Shown: in pieces, positions 1 to 11,361 of the stretch
Position numbering within the stretch: the first letter of the stretch is position 1
How the letters are laid out: each line of letters starts with the position of its first letter
Sequence record: SRR22947727_232
Reading direction: 5' to 3' (one strand)
DNA length: 64,000 nucleotides
The notes under the pieces: generated by a model
Seen by the model: the letters and a program-made list of their open reading frames with translations, nothing else
The model's database searches: none
What the model was told of the DNA's origin: nothing
Translations under genes and position numbers: made by a program

Positions 1-1414
1 AGGAAGGAACCATAAGTCGTGAATCATCATTAAATGCCTGTTTTAACAAACCGGTCCACTCGTAATGATTGAAAGTTCTTCCATAGGCAAATGATGACTG
101 GGTATTATTGTAAACAACAAAAGTTTGATTATTAGAGATAACAGTACTATCAATAAAATTCTGTTGAATGCCAAATTGATAGAACCAATCTATATTAAGA
201 CGATGCTGATCATGCAGCGAGCGACATAAAAAAATTGTAACTAGAAACATAAAAATACCAATTGAGATTTGGTTTCTAACAGTCTCTTTTATGCATATGT
301 ATGGCAGGTTACTGATGCTCTTTAAAACTAACATCAAAAATGCATAAAGAACGATTGACTCAGGTACTAATGTCAAAAGGTAAAATCGAGAATCCCACCC
401 GAATAGAGTAGGCACTTTACCAACCATAGAATATGGAAAAATTGCTAGCAACATTCCAAATAAACCTATAGCAAGCATAATTACTGACACCTTATATGTC
501 GGTAATTTAATGTGTAAAAATTCTCTAAATCTAGGCAAAAACATCGCTAAAATAGCAATAACTGCCGATATTAATCCAAATTCCCAAAATAAAATCGCTG
601 AGTTTTCAATAAAATTAAACAAAGGAAAATCAAAATTCGTTTTCAAAAGTACCTTCAAATTTTTTATGCTAATCTCGTTATAGCCAGCATACAAACCACT
701 TGGATTCATGAAAACTAGTTTGTAAATGAAGAATACAATCGGAACTAAAATAAAATCAATGTTACCTCTTAAGAAATTTTTAACTTTATTTAGAAAGTTA
801 ATCTTTTCATTTGGGTCATAATATTGTTTATAAAAAATATATAAAGGCACTAGTGCATAAAGCACTAGCAGAGAATTGAATACAAAAGAATTAAAAAACA
901 GCAGTAAAATAATAACTCTATGATACCAATATAGCTTTTTTATATTGCTTGCCAACCAATACCAAGCAATAAAAAATAAAAAAACTGAGACATAAAACTG
1001 AAGGATTGTAATAACAGCTTTTGTATGAAAGACAGGGTTGATTAAATAAAATAAGCCAATTAGATAAGCAGATTGATTGTTAAATATTTTGATAGTTTTT
1101 AAAATGTATATTACTATTAGCGCAGAAATAAAGTACATTAAAAATAAAGATAACCGAAATCCATAAATACCATTTCCAATATTATTAAATATATTTAAAA
1201 ATACAAAATTTAAGGTATATGTTGTATTCCGAATCATCTCTGCAAAGCGAGCTAATGTTGAATACTCTTGATTATAAACAACCCAATCATCCCAATACAA
1301 GGCATCAATATTCACCAAATATGTTATATTTGCAATAAAATATATTATGAATAATATATAGATGTTTCTTACCCCTACAGACTGAATCAATGTATTTCTG
1401 TTACTGCTAGTCAT
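1..1414 (-). CDS. Polytopic membrane protein, probable GT-C/GtrII-like glycosyltransferase (3' end runs off the window)
   Basis: Read by hand: ATG at 1414, MTSSNRNTLIQ...NIDALYWDDWVVY..., open to position 1; many hydrophobic segments and an acidic DD motif after the first TM; downstream of ugd. Absent from the ORF track because truncated. Confidence 0.6.
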   Translation of the reverse strand, partial: MTSSNRNTLIQSVGVRNIYILFIIYFIANITYLVNIDALYWDDWVVYNQEYSTLARFAEMIRNTTYTLNFVFLNIFNNIGNGIYGFRLSLFLMYFISALIVIYILKTIKIFNNQSAYLIGLFYLINPVFHTKAVITILQFYVSVFLFFIAWYWLASNIKKLYWYHRVIILLLFFNSFVFNSLLVLYALVPLYIFYKQYYDPNEKINFLNKVKNFLRGNIDFILVPIVFFIYKLVFMNPSGLYAGYNEISIKNLKVLLKTNFDFPLFNFIENSAILFWEFGLISAVIAILAMFLPRFREFLHIKLPTYKVSVIMLAIGLFGMLLAIFPYSMVGKVPTLFGWDSRFYLLTLVPESIVLYAFLMLVLKSISNLPYICIKETVRNQISIGIFMFLVTIFLCRSLHDQHRLNIDWFYQFGIQQNFIDSTVISNNQTFVVYNNTQSSFAYGRTFNHYEWTGLLKQAFNDDSRLMVPS

Positions 1415-1584
1415 TGCAAATCCTTTTAAAAGGTGATTTTGATTTATAACAAATTAAGCTGATATCTTGGAATTGAGACTTTATTCGCTCTAAGTATTTT
1501 CAAATATTAGTTGATACTCTTTTCAACTAAATGCATCACAATGTCAGCCTTTTAATATAAACACTTATATAAATTCTTGCTTAT

Positions 1585-2760
1585 TTAATCAGTGTTATAT
1601 AAATCACGAGTATAGAGCTTATGCTTAATATCATTAAGGTCGTCAGATACTCTATTAGCAATAATTAAATCGCTAATTTGCTTAAATTCCTTTAAGCTAT
1701 TTAAAACCTTAGAATGAAAAAACTCACTCTCACCCTCTTCCGTGAGAACTGGCTCAAAGATCACTACCTCAATTCCTTTTTCTTTAATACGTTTCATAAT
1801 GCCTTGAATACTTGATGCTCTAAAATTTGCTGACCCAGACTTCATAATTAATCTGTACACTCCAACAACTTTAGGCTGTTGAGCAATAATAGAATCTGCA
1901 ATAAAATCTTTTCTGGTTGAGTTGGCATCTACAATGGCACTTATTAATACATTTGGAACATTTTTATAATTAGCTTTAAGTTGCTTAGTGTCTTTTGGTA
2001 AACAGTACCCACCATAACCGAAGCTAGGGTTGTTATAGTGTGATCCAATTCTTGGATCTAGACCCACACCTTCAATAATTTGTTTAGAATTTAGATTATG
2101 GGCTTCAGCGAAAGAATCTAGCTCATTAAAGTATGAGATTCTCATAGCAAGGTAAGTATTACTAAACAGTTTTACTGCTTCCGCCTCAGTAGAGTCAGTA
2201 AATAAAACATCTATATTTTCTTTTATAGCCCCTTCTTGCAGAAGTTCAGCAAATTTTTCCGCTCTATCAGATTGTTCACCAATAATTATGCGTGATGGGT
2301 AAAGATTGTCAAATAATGCCGAGCCTTCTCTTAAAAACTCAGGAGAGAAGATGATATTGTCATTATTAAATTTTTCTCTAATGCTTTGAGTGTAACCAAC
2401 AGGTACGGTTGACTTAATTATCATGACTGCATTAGGGTTAATATCAATTACATCATTAATAACCGATTCTACCGAGGAGGTACTAAAATAATTATTTACA
2501 GTATTATAATCTGTAGGTGTAGCTATGATAACAAAGTCAGCATCCTTGTATGCCAATTCTTTATCAAGTGTTGCTGTAAAATTAGAGATTTTATTAGCTA
2601 AAAAATCTTCAATTTCACTATCTATTATTGGAGAAACTTTGTTTTTAAGTTGCTCAATTCTCTCTGGGTTGACGTCAAGTGCAACAACCTCATGATTCTG
2701 AGACAACAATAAAGCATTGGAAAGTCCGACATACCCCATGCCAGCTATTGCTATTTTCAT
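1585..2760 (-). CDS. ugd: UDP-glucose 6-dehydrogenase
   Basis: GMGYVG Rossmann motif, FSPEFLREG, catalytic [11 protein letters not shown]-terminal YTRD. Confidence 0.95.
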   Translation of the reverse strand: MKIAIAGMGYVGLSNALLLSQNHEVVALDVNPERIEQLKNKVSPIIDSEIEDFLANKISNFTATLDKELAYKDADFVIIATPTDYNTVNNYFSTSSVESVINDVIDINPNAVMIIKSTVPVGYTQSIREKFNNDNIIFSPEFLREGSALFDNLYPSRIIIGEQSDRAEKFAELLQEGAIKENIDVLFTDSTEAEAVKLFSNTYLAMRISYFNELDSFAEAHNLNSKQIIEGVGLDPRIGSHYNNPSFGYGGYCLPKDTKQLKANYKNVPNVLISAIVDANSTRKDFIADSIIAQQPKVVGVYRLIMKSGSANFRASSIQGIMKRIKEKGIEVVIFEPVLTEEGESEFFHSKVLNSLKEFKQISDLIIANRVSDDLNDIKHKLYTRDLYNTD

Positions 2761-2841
2761 TTGAGTATTTTTGATATTTTTTCAATCATTTTTTTATAGA
2801 TATTAAATATTAAACAATCATCTTAGAATTAAAATCTCACT

Positions 2842-3180
2842 TTATTTTTTAAGCTCCTCAGACAGATCATCAATTTCAAGTTTGAGTGCCTTGTACTCTT
2901 GCCTCTTTCGATTCAAGAAATCGAGTGCTAATTTTGATTTCTGCGCCATCCCCTCAGGAGTTAAAAGATAAAGGTAAGTAGACTTATCTGGGTTATTTTT
3001 AAAGTTACCCGCCTTTACCCATCCTTTTTTAGCTAGGGCTTTGAGGCAGTAGTGCGTTGATCCCAAGCTAATTCCTATTTTTTTGGCAAACTCACGCTGA
3101 GTCATCTCTGGATACTTATGAATTAAGTCCATGACGCGGTAATGATTATCAGGGTGTTGAGTTTTGGTTTTTGTATTCAC
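2842..3180 (-). CDS. MarR-family EPS-associated transcriptional regulator
   Basis: TQREFAKKIGISLGSTHYCLKAL wHTH and YLYLLTPEG motif; heads the polysaccharide operon. Confidence 0.85.
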   Translation of the reverse strand: MNTKTKTQHPDNHYRVMDLIHKYPEMTQREFAKKIGISLGSTHYCLKALAKKGWVKAGNFKNNPDKSTYLYLLTPEGMAQKSKLALDFLNRKRQEYKALKLEIDDLSEELKK

Positions 3181-3198
3181 TTAAATTATCATTTTGAA

Positions 3199-3222
3199 AA
3201 CGCTACCGCCCTACCAAGTATT
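3199..3222 (-). promoter_or_regulatory. ops element within a shortened JUMPStart-like sequence
   Basis: Minus strand reads TACTTGGTAG-GGCGGTAGCGTT; GGCGGTAG is the RfaH ops core; located 5' of marR-ugd and beside rfaH. Confidence 0.85.
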
Positions 3223-3325
3223 TCACGGTATGTTTTAAAAAATAGACTAAATTTTTCTGTTCAACATTGAACAACTACACTCTATCCTTTAAAAATTAAA
3301 AAAACAAGAGGTATAATAGGATCGA

Positions 3326-3835
3326 ATGATACAAAAACCTCAAAACAATTGGTGGGTGGTGCAGACCAAATCGAATAGAGAATTTCAGGCTGTTGATCAA
3401 CTTGAGCGTCAAGGCTTTACAACATATTGTCCATTGTTTAAAAAAGAGATAATAAAAGGGCGGCGGGTCATTATTAAAACTCTACCCCTATTCCCAAGAT
3501 ACATATTTATTCAGATAAATGAATTAATCCAAGAAAGAATTCATGTGATTCGATCTACTTTGGGTGTTAGTCAAATCCTTAAGATTGGTGAGAACCTTAT
3601 CATTGCGCCACATTCAATGATTGATTCCATTAGAGAGATGGAAAAAGATCGTCTATTAAATCATGAAAATCATTTTAAACCTGGAGATGTGATCAAGATT
3701 AAGGGTGGAATTTACAATGGCTTAGAAGCAGTCTACCAAATAACAGATGGTTTAGAGCGTGCAGTTGTATTGATTAACCTTATACAACAAGAAACAAAAC
3801 TTAATATCTCTAAAAATCAATTAGCTAAACAGTGA
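3326..3835 (+). CDS. rfaH: Transcription antiterminator RfaH (NusG paralog)
   Basis: NGN domain (WWVVQTK, PLFPRYIF, IRSTLGV) plus KOW domain; adjacent ops site. Confidence 0.9.
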   Translation: MIQKPQNNWWVVQTKSNREFQAVDQLERQGFTTYCPLFKKEIIKGRRVIIKTLPLFPRYIFIQINELIQERIHVIRSTLGVSQILKIGENLIIAPHSMIDSIREMEKDRLLNHENHFKPGDVIKIKGGIYNGLEAVYQITDGLERAVVLINLIQQETKLNISKNQLAKQ

Positions 3836-3939
3836 TTAAAATTTTATAGTAATAAGACGTTAATTAAGCTTTAAAAAAATATTCGAAATTCATAAACTCT
3901 TTGATCATGAAATTAATTTTTATTGGGCTGATGAAACCG

Positions 3940-4512
3940 TCATGTTTTTAGATTTAAGCCATCTTCAATGAGGGTGCATAAAATATGGCCGATTAGTATA
4001 TGCATCTCTTGAACACGCGCAGTAGATTTTGATGAAATAATTATTGACTGCTTAACCGAGCTAGCAGCCTTACCGCCTCCTTTACCCAATAAACCAATTG
4101 TTTCCATACCCCTCTTCTCGGCCATCTTAAAAGCATGTAAAACGTTTTTGCTATTGCCAGAAGTAGTAATACCAACTAAAACATCACCTTCGGATCCAAG
4201 TGCTTCAACCTGCCTAGAAAAAATATGCTCGTATCCATAATCGTTGACGATACATGTCATGACAGCAGAATCTGCAGTTAAAGCTATTGATTTGAGAGGT
4301 CTTCTATCTCCATCAAACCTTCCAACAAGCTCCCCTGCCAAATGTTGGCTGTCTGAGGCACTGCCACCGTTGCCACACCAAAATATAGTTCCATCATTTT
4401 TTAGACAGTGAATTAATAAATTTGCCACTTTTTCAATTGACTCACTTAATTCAGCAACTGAGTCAAGGGTAGCTCTATGCTCAATAAAATGTTCTTCAAT
4501 TATTTTTTTCAT
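3940..4512 (-). CDS. gmhA: D-sedoheptulose 7-phosphate isomerase
   Basis: CGNGGSASDSQH, TTSGNS, ARVQEMHILIGH motifs. Confidence 0.95.
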   Translation of the reverse strand: MKKIIEEHFIEHRATLDSVAELSESIEKVANLLIHCLKNDGTIFWCGNGGSASDSQHLAGELVGRFDGDRRPLKSIALTADSAVMTCIVNDYGYEHIFSRQVEALGSEGDVLVGITTSGNSKNVLHAFKMAEKRGMETIGLLGKGGGKAASSVKQSIIISSKSTARVQEMHILIGHILCTLIEDGLNLKT

Positions 4513-4744
4513 ACAATATTTGGCTTTTTTTTGAATTAATAAACTATATATTCCAATGAATATTTTGAAAATATCACTGTCTACATTTTCATTTTTACAA
4601 TAAAAAAAGAAGGTAAGCAGGTAAAATTTACTTCAATCAATATGATTTACCCTATTGGTAGAAAAATTAAAATATTAAAATATTAATTCAAACTATAAAT
4701 TTACACTTACTGTTTTGAATAGCAAAAATTTTATAAGCTAAGAT

Positions 4745-4888
4745 TTAATTTTTTTCTAGTTGCTCTTTAATTCTTAACTTTTCTTTCTTAAATTTTCTAA
4801 TCTTTAGATCAGGCACATAATTTTTGAAGCTTAATTCGATGATTTCATCTAACTCTTTATGTCTACTTTTCAACTGCTTTATATCCAT
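4745..4888 (-). CDS. Small coiled-coil protein, DUF465/YdcH-like, 47 aa
   Basis: Read by hand: MDIKQLKSRHKELDEIIELSFKNYVPDLKIRKFKKEKLRIKEQLEKN; strong SD GGAGG upstream; H..LD..I and KKEKL.IK pattern. Confidence 0.75.
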   Translation of the reverse strand: MDIKQLKSRHKELDEIIELSFKNYVPDLKIRKFKKEKLRIKEQLEKN

Positions 4889-5143
4889 AAAACACCTCCG
4901 AAAATTTATTAAAGAATGTTATTTAACTTTTTCAATGGACTCCTGATAATTTTTTACTACATTTATACTTTATACCCATTTTTTTAATATTTCTACCTTT
5001 TAATTTTTAAAAAAACCTGAACAATTAATTTTAATGATTGTCTTGAATAGTAGTAAATTTAAAGGAAACTGGGTAAAAGATATTTTTTTATACAGGCTAT
5101 TTGACTTATAATTATCATTTAATATTTAATATAATGGAAATTC

Positions 5144-6178
5144 ATGAAAGCACTTGTTAAAAGCCATGCAAAAGAAGGTATTTGGTTAGAAGACATAGCT
5201 GAACCCGACGTCGGAAATAATGACGTGCTCATTAAAATACACAAAACCGCAATATGTGGCACAGATGTGCATATTTATAATTGGGACGATTGGGCAAAGA
5301 AAATAATTCCAGTTCCAATGACAACAGGCCATGAATATGCTGGAGAGATTGTAAAACTTGGTTCAAATGTAACTGACTTAGAAGTTGGTGATATTGTTTC
5401 AGGCGAGGGACATATCACTTGTGGTCGTTGCCGAAATTGTTTAGCAGGAAAACCACATCTATGTCCATTTACTATAGGGGTGGGTGTCAATCGAACAGGT
5501 GCGTTTGCGGAATACCTGTCTGTTCCATCAAAAGTTGTTTTTAAACCAAGTAAAAAATTATCAACTGATCTTCTATCAGTCTTTGATCCTTATGGTAATG
5601 CGGTTCATACAGCTTTATCCTTCAACATGGTGGGTGAAGATGTTTTAATAACTGGTGCAGGGCCTATTGGTATTATGGCGGCAATGGTTGCAAAACACGC
5701 TGGTGCGAGAAATATAGTAATCACAGACCTTAATGAATATCGTTTAAAGCTTGTTAAAGATATCGTCCCTAATATCATTACTATTAATGTTTCTAGTCAA
5801 AAAATTGATAAAAAATTGATGGAATCTTTAGGAATATTCGAGGGCTTTGATGTTGGCCTTGAAATGTCTGGATCCCCATTAGCATTTAGTGGAATGTTGG
5901 AATTAATGATAAATGGAGGTCATATTGCAATGCTTGCCATAATGCCTCAAGGCTCAGGAATTGATTGGGATATGGTTGTGTTTAAAGGATTAACAATCAA
6001 AGGAATTTACGGTCGAGAAATCTTTGAGACTTGGTATAAAGGTTCAATGATGGTGCAATCTGGTTTACCTTTAGAAAAAATCATTACGCATCGTTTTTCA
6101 TACAAAGACTTCCAAGAAGGATTTGATGTCATGAGGTCAGGGCAATCTGGCAAAGTGATTCTTGACTGGACTAACTAA
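5144..6178 (+). CDS. tdh: L-threonine 3-dehydrogenase
   Basis: [13 protein letters not shown], Zn-binding [19 protein letters not shown]; next to kbl. Confidence 0.95.
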   Translation: MKALVKSHAKEGIWLEDIAEPDVGNNDVLIKIHKTAICGTDVHIYNWDDWAKKIIPVPMTTGHEYAGEIVKLGSNVTDLEVGDIVSGEGHITCGRCRNCLAGKPHLCPFTIGVGVNRTGAFAEYLSVPSKVVFKPSKKLSTDLLSVFDPYGNAVHTALSFNMVGEDVLITGAGPIGIMAAMVAKHAGARNIVITDLNEYRLKLVKDIVPNIITINVSSQKIDKKLMESLGIFEGFDVGLEMSGSPLAFSGMLELMINGGHIAMLAIMPQGSGIDWDMVVFKGLTIKGIYGREIFETWYKGSMMVQSGLPLEKIITHRFSYKDFQEGFDVMRSGQSGKVILDWTN

Positions 6179-6202
6179 TAACTTAATAACATAAGGAATA
6201 GA

Positions 6203-7396
6203 ATGAGTTTTGACAAAGTAAGGCAAGGTTTAGCTAGTGATTTAGAAGAAATAAAGTCAGCAGGTTTATGGAAAACTGAAAGAAATATTAGTTCTAATCA
6301 AACAAACCAAATCTCTCTAGAAGACGGCCAGCATGTAACCAATATGTGTGCTAATAATTACTTAGGTCTAGCCAATGACAAAAGGATTATTCAAGCAGCT
6401 AAAGATAGCTATGATAGCTGGGGGTATGGACTTGCTTCGGTCAGATTCATTTGTGGCACCCAGACAATCCATAAGACATTAGAAAAAAAAGTGAGTGAAT
6501 TTCTAGGAATGGAAGAAACCATTTTGTATGCAGCCTGTTTTGATGCAAATGGTGGGTTATTTGAAACAATTTTAACTGCAGAAGATGCTGTTATATCTGA
6601 TGAACTTAACCATGCGTCTATCATTGATGGTGTTCGTCTATCAAAAGCGCAGAGATATCGTTATAAAAATAATGATATGAATGACCTCAGGTCAAAACTC
6701 ATTGAAGCTAAAGAGAAAGGTGCTCGAAGAATACTAATTACAACAGATGGCGTCTTTTCTATGGATGGAACAATTGCTCAACTAGATAAAATATGTGATC
6801 TTGCGGATGAATTTGATGCGATGGTTCACCATGATGATTGTCATGCAACTGGTTTTATGGGTAAAACGGGTAAAGGTGTTCATGAATACTGTGATGTTAT
6901 TGATCGAGTAGATATTATTACCAGCACGTTTGGTAAAGCTTTAGGTGGAGCTTCTGGAGGTTTTACCTCAGGTCGAAAAGAAATTATTGATATGTTAAGG
7001 CAACGTTCTAGACCCTATCTTTTTTCAAACACTTTAGCCCCATCAATATGTGCAGGGACTCTAAAAGCTATAGAGATTTTACAATCTTCAACCCAATTAA
7101 GAGATACCTTAGAGGAGAATACACATTATTTTAGAAAAGGCATGCAACAAGCTGGTTTTGCTGTCGACGATGGAGACCATCCTATCGTTCCTGTCATGCT
7201 AGGTGATGCAAATCTGGCTCAAACCATGAGTCAAAAACTACTAGAACATGGAATTTATGCAATTGGATTCTTTTATCCAGTTGTTCCAAAAGAGAAAGCT
7301 AGAATTAGAACGCAAATTTCTGCCGCACATACCAAAGAAGATTTAGATAAGGCGATTAAAGCTTTCGCAACAATTAGAGATGAACTACAAGATTAA
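6203..7396 (+). CDS. kbl: 2-amino-3-ketobutyrate CoA ligase (glycine C-acetyltransferase)
   Basis: [20 protein letters not shown] lysine in [19 protein letters not shown]. Confidence 0.95.
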   Translation: MSFDKVRQGLASDLEEIKSAGLWKTERNISSNQTNQISLEDGQHVTNMCANNYLGLANDKRIIQAAKDSYDSWGYGLASVRFICGTQTIHKTLEKKVSEFLGMEETILYAACFDANGGLFETILTAEDAVISDELNHASIIDGVRLSKAQRYRYKNNDMNDLRSKLIEAKEKGARRILITTDGVFSMDGTIAQLDKICDLADEFDAMVHHDDCHATGFMGKTGKGVHEYCDVIDRVDIITSTFGKALGGASGGFTSGRKEIIDMLRQRSRPYLFSNTLAPSICAGTLKAIEILQSSTQLRDTLEENTHYFRKGMQQAGFAVDDGDHPIVPVMLGDANLAQTMSQKLLEHGIYAIGFFYPVVPKEKARIRTQISAAHTKEDLDKAIKAFATIRDELQD

Positions 7397-7398
7397 CT

Positions 7399-8226
7399 AT
7401 GGGATTTCATACTAAACTAATCGCAAAAACATTAGTTATTTCCTGGCTAGCTCTATCCCTTCAGGCTCACGCTCTTCAAATTGGTGACAAAGCCCCTAAT
7501 TTTAAGGCTGACACGACCCAGGGAGAATTAGACTTCTATAACTGGAGTCAAAGCCAGTGGGTAATCCTTTTATCTCATCCTGGAGATTTCACACCTGTAT
7601 GCACAACAGAACTCGCCGAAGCTGCAAAATTACAACCCCTATTGAAAAAAAGAAACACAAAAATACTGACACTAAGTGCTGATTCAGTCGAAGATCACCT
7701 CGAATGGGTTGAGGTAATCAATAATTATAAAAATAAAACAACGACAACGGACGATTTAAAGAATCTGCTTCTTGGTATTGATGGTGATACAGACGTTAAT
7801 TTTCCTATCATTTCAGATCCTAACCTAGAAGTTGCTACCCTTTACGGCATGTATCATCCCAAAGCTTTACCAAATGCAGGCTCCTTCGGAGGTGAAGAAA
7901 AATCAACCATCAGAGCAGTCTTTATAATTGATCCTAAAAAAAATATTCAAGCTATGCTGACTTATCCAAAAAATATTGGCCGTAACTTTAATGAGATTGT
8001 AAGAACACTTGAAGCGCTTCAAATATCAGATGAGCTTAATGTATCCACACCAGCCAATTGGGAATTCGGTGATGACGTTATTGTTTCAAACGATATACCG
8101 GATGAAGATATCAAAGAAAAGTATGAAGTAGAAGAATACAACGTGTTTGAAACGTTTTTAAGAACCATCAAGCAACCCGGACATTATGGTGGTAATGATG
8201 CGAGAAGGAAACGAGTCAGAAATTAG
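7399..8226 (+). CDS. 1-Cys peroxiredoxin (Prx6 type) with N-terminal signal peptide
   Basis: HPGDFTPVCTTE active site, GRNFNEIVR, TPANW; hydrophobic leader ending AHA. Confidence 0.85.
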   Translation: MGFHTKLIAKTLVISWLALSLQAHALQIGDKAPNFKADTTQGELDFYNWSQSQWVILLSHPGDFTPVCTTELAEAAKLQPLLKKRNTKILTLSADSVEDHLEWVEVINNYKNKTTTTDDLKNLLLGIDGDTDVNFPIISDPNLEVATLYGMYHPKALPNAGSFGGEEKSTIRAVFIIDPKKNIQAMLTYPKNIGRNFNEIVRTLEALQISDELNVSTPANWEFGDDVIVSNDIPDEDIKEKYEVEEYNVFETFLRTIKQPGHYGGNDARRKRVRN

Positions 8227-8951
8227 ACGATTGAATTATTTAAAAAACACCACTGCCCTAATGGTATGTTTCCCAAACGAATATTACCTATACGGACTCT
8301 TTTTAAAGTAACCACTTTTAGATTTACCATTGCACACATTTTCCTTATTTGACGATTTCTACCTTCAATCAATATAAATTTTAATTGATTTTCGTTCTGC
8401 CAACTCACCTTTGCAGGCTTTAGCTTGTATCCATCTAGTGTGAGTCCATGATTTAGAAGTTTTAAATTTTCATCAGTTAAATCACCCTGCACCTTCACTA
8501 GATATTCTTTTTCAACAACTACATTCTCACCAATAATTTTTTTTGCCATTGTGCCATCCTGAGTCAGTATGAGAAGTCCAGTTGAATCAATATCTAAACG
8601 ACCTGCAGGTGCTAGACCCTCTTTATTAAATAAAGGACTACGATTGTTTAATTCATTAGAAAAATAATTATCTGGATTGATTAAATCTGAGGCAGGTTTA
8701 AATTCTTTATCATCATCAAGATGTGAAATATACCCTACTGGCTTATTGAGAAGAATGGTTAATTTTTTTGCTTGCTTGGTTTTAGCTTTTTTATTTAACT
8801 CGATTTTTTGGAATCGACATGCTTTTGTACCAAGCTCATTTACTACATTGCCATCCAAAAGAACAAGGCCTTGTTTGATATATTCATCAGCTTCTCTTCT
8901 CGAACAAAGCCCGAGTTCTGATAATATTTTTGAGATGCGAACCTGTTCCAA
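8223..8951 (-). CDS. S4-domain rRNA pseudouridine synthase (RsuA/RluB/RluF family)
   Basis: CSRREAD, LNKPVGY, GRLDIDSTGL, EGRNRQIRKM. Confidence 0.9.
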   Translation of the reverse strand: MEQVRISKILSELGLCSRREADEYIKQGLVLLDGNVVNELGTKACRFQKIELNKKAKTKQAKKLTILLNKPVGYISHLDDDKEFKPASDLINPDNYFSNELNNRSPLFNKEGLAPAGRLDIDSTGLLILTQDGTMAKKIIGENVVVEKEYLVKVQGDLTDENLKLLNHGLTLDGYKLKPAKVSWQNENQLKFILIEGRNRQIRKMCAMVNLKVVTLKRVRIGNIRLGNIPLGQWCFLNNSIV

Positions 8952-8960
8952 AGCTAATGA

Positions 8961-9581
8961 TTACTTTAGAAGTGGTTTGAGATTTACTGCTATTTCTTGC
9001 CCAAGTTTTGTCAAACATTCACTTTGTGCCTCAACCATTTTGTCAATATCCGTTGATGAAGCCTCTGCAGTGAAACTTGATCGCTTATTCAAAAGTGTTT
9101 TATCTTTTGACTTAATAGACCATTGTGCCACTAGTCTACTTTGTCCAGTCTGATCAATATTGAATTCTAAAATATCAATCTTGACTTGAAAATCAACTCC
9201 GGGTCTTTGTGGCCATGGATAGCGAACCATCCTATCAGTGCCTAATTGTGCTGGTAATGACTTGAATAAAGCAAGCGATACATTCTGATCTAATTTCTCA
9301 GCCCAGCGATGGCTATCTATCAACTTATATTTATTTTCTGATACAGCTACAACCATTTGAAATCGATCTAAATACTCTGGCAATCTAATTGGCCCTAAAC
9401 CAATTAAAGGTCCACTATCATTCTCAATTAATTCATTTGACGATAATCCAACCGAGGCATCCAACATATAATATTCGATTGGTTTGCTATTTTTGGCACA
9501 GCCGGAAATAAAAATGATGAATAATATGGGGATCACATATTTTAAAAAGTGATAGGTTGAATATGTTTTCATTTTATTCAT
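8961..9581 (-). CDS. PqiC-like ABC transport auxiliary lipoprotein
   Basis: Lipobox ISGC, LPEYLDR, HRWAEKL; last gene of an MCE operon. Confidence 0.85.
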   Translation of the reverse strand: MNKMKTYSTYHFLKYVIPILFIIFISGCAKNSKPIEYYMLDASVGLSSNELIENDSGPLIGLGPIRLPEYLDRFQMVVAVSENKYKLIDSHRWAEKLDQNVSLALFKSLPAQLGTDRMVRYPWPQRPGVDFQVKIDILEFNIDQTGQSRLVAQWSIKSKDKTLLNKRSSFTAEASSTDIDKMVEAQSECLTKLGQEIAVNLKPLLK

Positions 9582-10590
9582 CTCCTTTACCGTAAATGAT
9601 TGATTCAGGATTTCTTTCTAGTGTATCGGTTAAGTTTTTTGTTGATTCGGCTGCTTCTTTGATTGCTTCTAAAGCTTGCCATAATGGTGCTTCTGGAGAA
9701 GAAAATTCTTCAAATGAACGAACAGCATACTGAGACTCTGATAATATTTCTGTTGCCTTATTTAATGTTTTTTCTAGCGAACTTAAGACGGGTTTTATGT
9801 CTCTTGAAAATTCTTGCACCACGACTCGCGTATCCTTCATTGTTCCATTCAAATTAAACATGAGCGGTGTGAAATTTTCATTTAAATTAATTAGCAATTT
9901 TTCCATTTCTTTAATTGACTGATTAATCCCTTGTCGATTCTCTTTAAGGGATTGGGATGTGAGAATTAATTTTATCTCGCTCATGTTCACAGCTAAATCT
10001 TCTACTATTTGTTCTAAAGGTAGATTACGTACCCTATTTATAGCATTTTGTGCTTCCCTTTTAAAATCTTCAGTAGCATTTGTAGTCGTCGGGAGCTCTC
10101 TTAAGTCGCGAAATTTTCTACCCGTTAAAACTACTTTATCCTCTGGTGTAAATTGAAACTCGATGTACAGTAAACCTGTGAGCATGCTTTGTGACTTTAG
10201 CTGTGCTTTAAGGCCTCGTTTAATAAAAGCTTTGATTTGTTGATCCTGGTCTTCGCCTTCAGGTTTATCATATTCATCTAACTTATCATCCTCCTCGCTA
10301 ATAATATTCGAATAATCTAACTCAATGACAACAGGCTTGACTACCTCTAATGTATTTTCATCAAGTAAAAGTGCCACCTCTTTTACTTCTCCAATTTGGA
10401 CCCCTTCAAGCTTTACGGGTGCACCGACATTCAATCCATTCAAATTATTCTCAGAATGAAAATATAAAACAAACTTATGATGCTTTTCAAAGTAATTGCC
10501 ACCACCAAACATTATTATTGCGATAATCACAAGCCCTAAAGCGGCCAGGAAAAAAGAACCAATTAACGTGGGGCTTACTTGCTTACTCAT
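9574..10590 (-). CDS. MCE/MlaD-family protein with helical C-terminus
   Basis: N-terminal TM, GLNVGAPVKLEGVQIGEV, C-terminal LERNPESIIYGK. Confidence 0.9.
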   Translation of the reverse strand: MSKQVSPTLIGSFFLAALGLVIIAIIMFGGGNYFEKHHKFVLYFHSENNLNGLNVGAPVKLEGVQIGEVKEVALLLDENTLEVVKPVVIELDYSNIISEEDDKLDEYDKPEGEDQDQQIKAFIKRGLKAQLKSQSMLTGLLYIEFQFTPEDKVVLTGRKFRDLRELPTTTNATEDFKREAQNAINRVRNLPLEQIVEDLAVNMSEIKLILTSQSLKENRQGINQSIKEMEKLLINLNENFTPLMFNLNGTMKDTRVVVQEFSRDIKPVLSSLEKTLNKATEILSESQYAVRSFEEFSSPEAPLWQALEAIKEAAESTKNLTDTLERNPESIIYGKGDE

Positions 10591-10603
10591 TTATTTAACA
10601 TGC

Positions 10604-11356
10604 TCATAATTTTTTACTTCTTGATAAAAATTTAATTACTCTCTCATCATTAGATGTTTTTAATAATTTTTTTGGGTCACCCTCAGCTATCATTGTCTTA
10701 GATTCTGGATCAAGAAAAACTGAATTACTCCCAATTGCAAATATACTTGCCAGCTCATGAGTTACCATCACTATAGTAGCATTCAAATTATCTCTTAGAT
10801 TCAAAATTAAATCATCCAATAATTTAGAGCTTATCGGATCAAGGCCAGCAGATGGTTCGTCAAAAAACAAAATTTCAGGATCAAGTGCCATCGCTCTCGC
10901 TAGTCCTGCCCTCTTTTGCATGCCGCCACTAATTTCTGAAGGGTAAAAATCACTAAAGCCTGCTAGCCCTACGAGAGAGAGTTTATAGTCTACAATTTCT
11001 TGAATATTCTTTTTATTTAACTCGGTATGTTCTGAGATAGGTAGGGCAATATTTTCACCTAATGTCATTGAGCTTAATAAAGCACCGCTTTGAAAAAGAA
11101 CTCCCGTTTTATTTAATAATAATCTCTGGTTTGATGCCTTAGGGCCCCATAAATTTTCATTGCCATAGTAAATATTGCCTTTTGAGGGAACAATCATTCC
11201 AATCAGATGCATCATCAATGTGCTTTTACCACAACCACTTCCACCCATTATGACAAATATATCGCCTTGGTTGATTTTAAAATCCAAATCTCTCTGGATG
11301 ATGAAATCGCCGTAAGCCATAGTCATTTTTTTAATTGTAATACAGGCTTGAGTCAT
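10604..11356 (-). CDS. MlaF-like ABC transporter ATPase
   Basis: GGSGCGKST, ISGGMQKRAGLARA, FFDEPSAGLDP. Confidence 0.9.
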   Translation of the reverse strand: MTQACITIKKMTMAYGDFIIQRDLDFKINQGDIFVIMGGSGCGKSTLMMHLIGMIVPSKGNIYYGNENLWGPKASNQRLLLNKTGVLFQSGALLSSMTLGENIALPISEHTELNKKNIQEIVDYKLSLVGLAGFSDFYPSEISGGMQKRAGLARAMALDPEILFFDEPSAGLDPISSKLLDDLILNLRDNLNATIVMVTHELASIFAIGSNSVFLDPESKTMIAEGDPKKLLKTSNDERVIKFLSRSKKL

Positions 11357-11361
11357 TTTAC

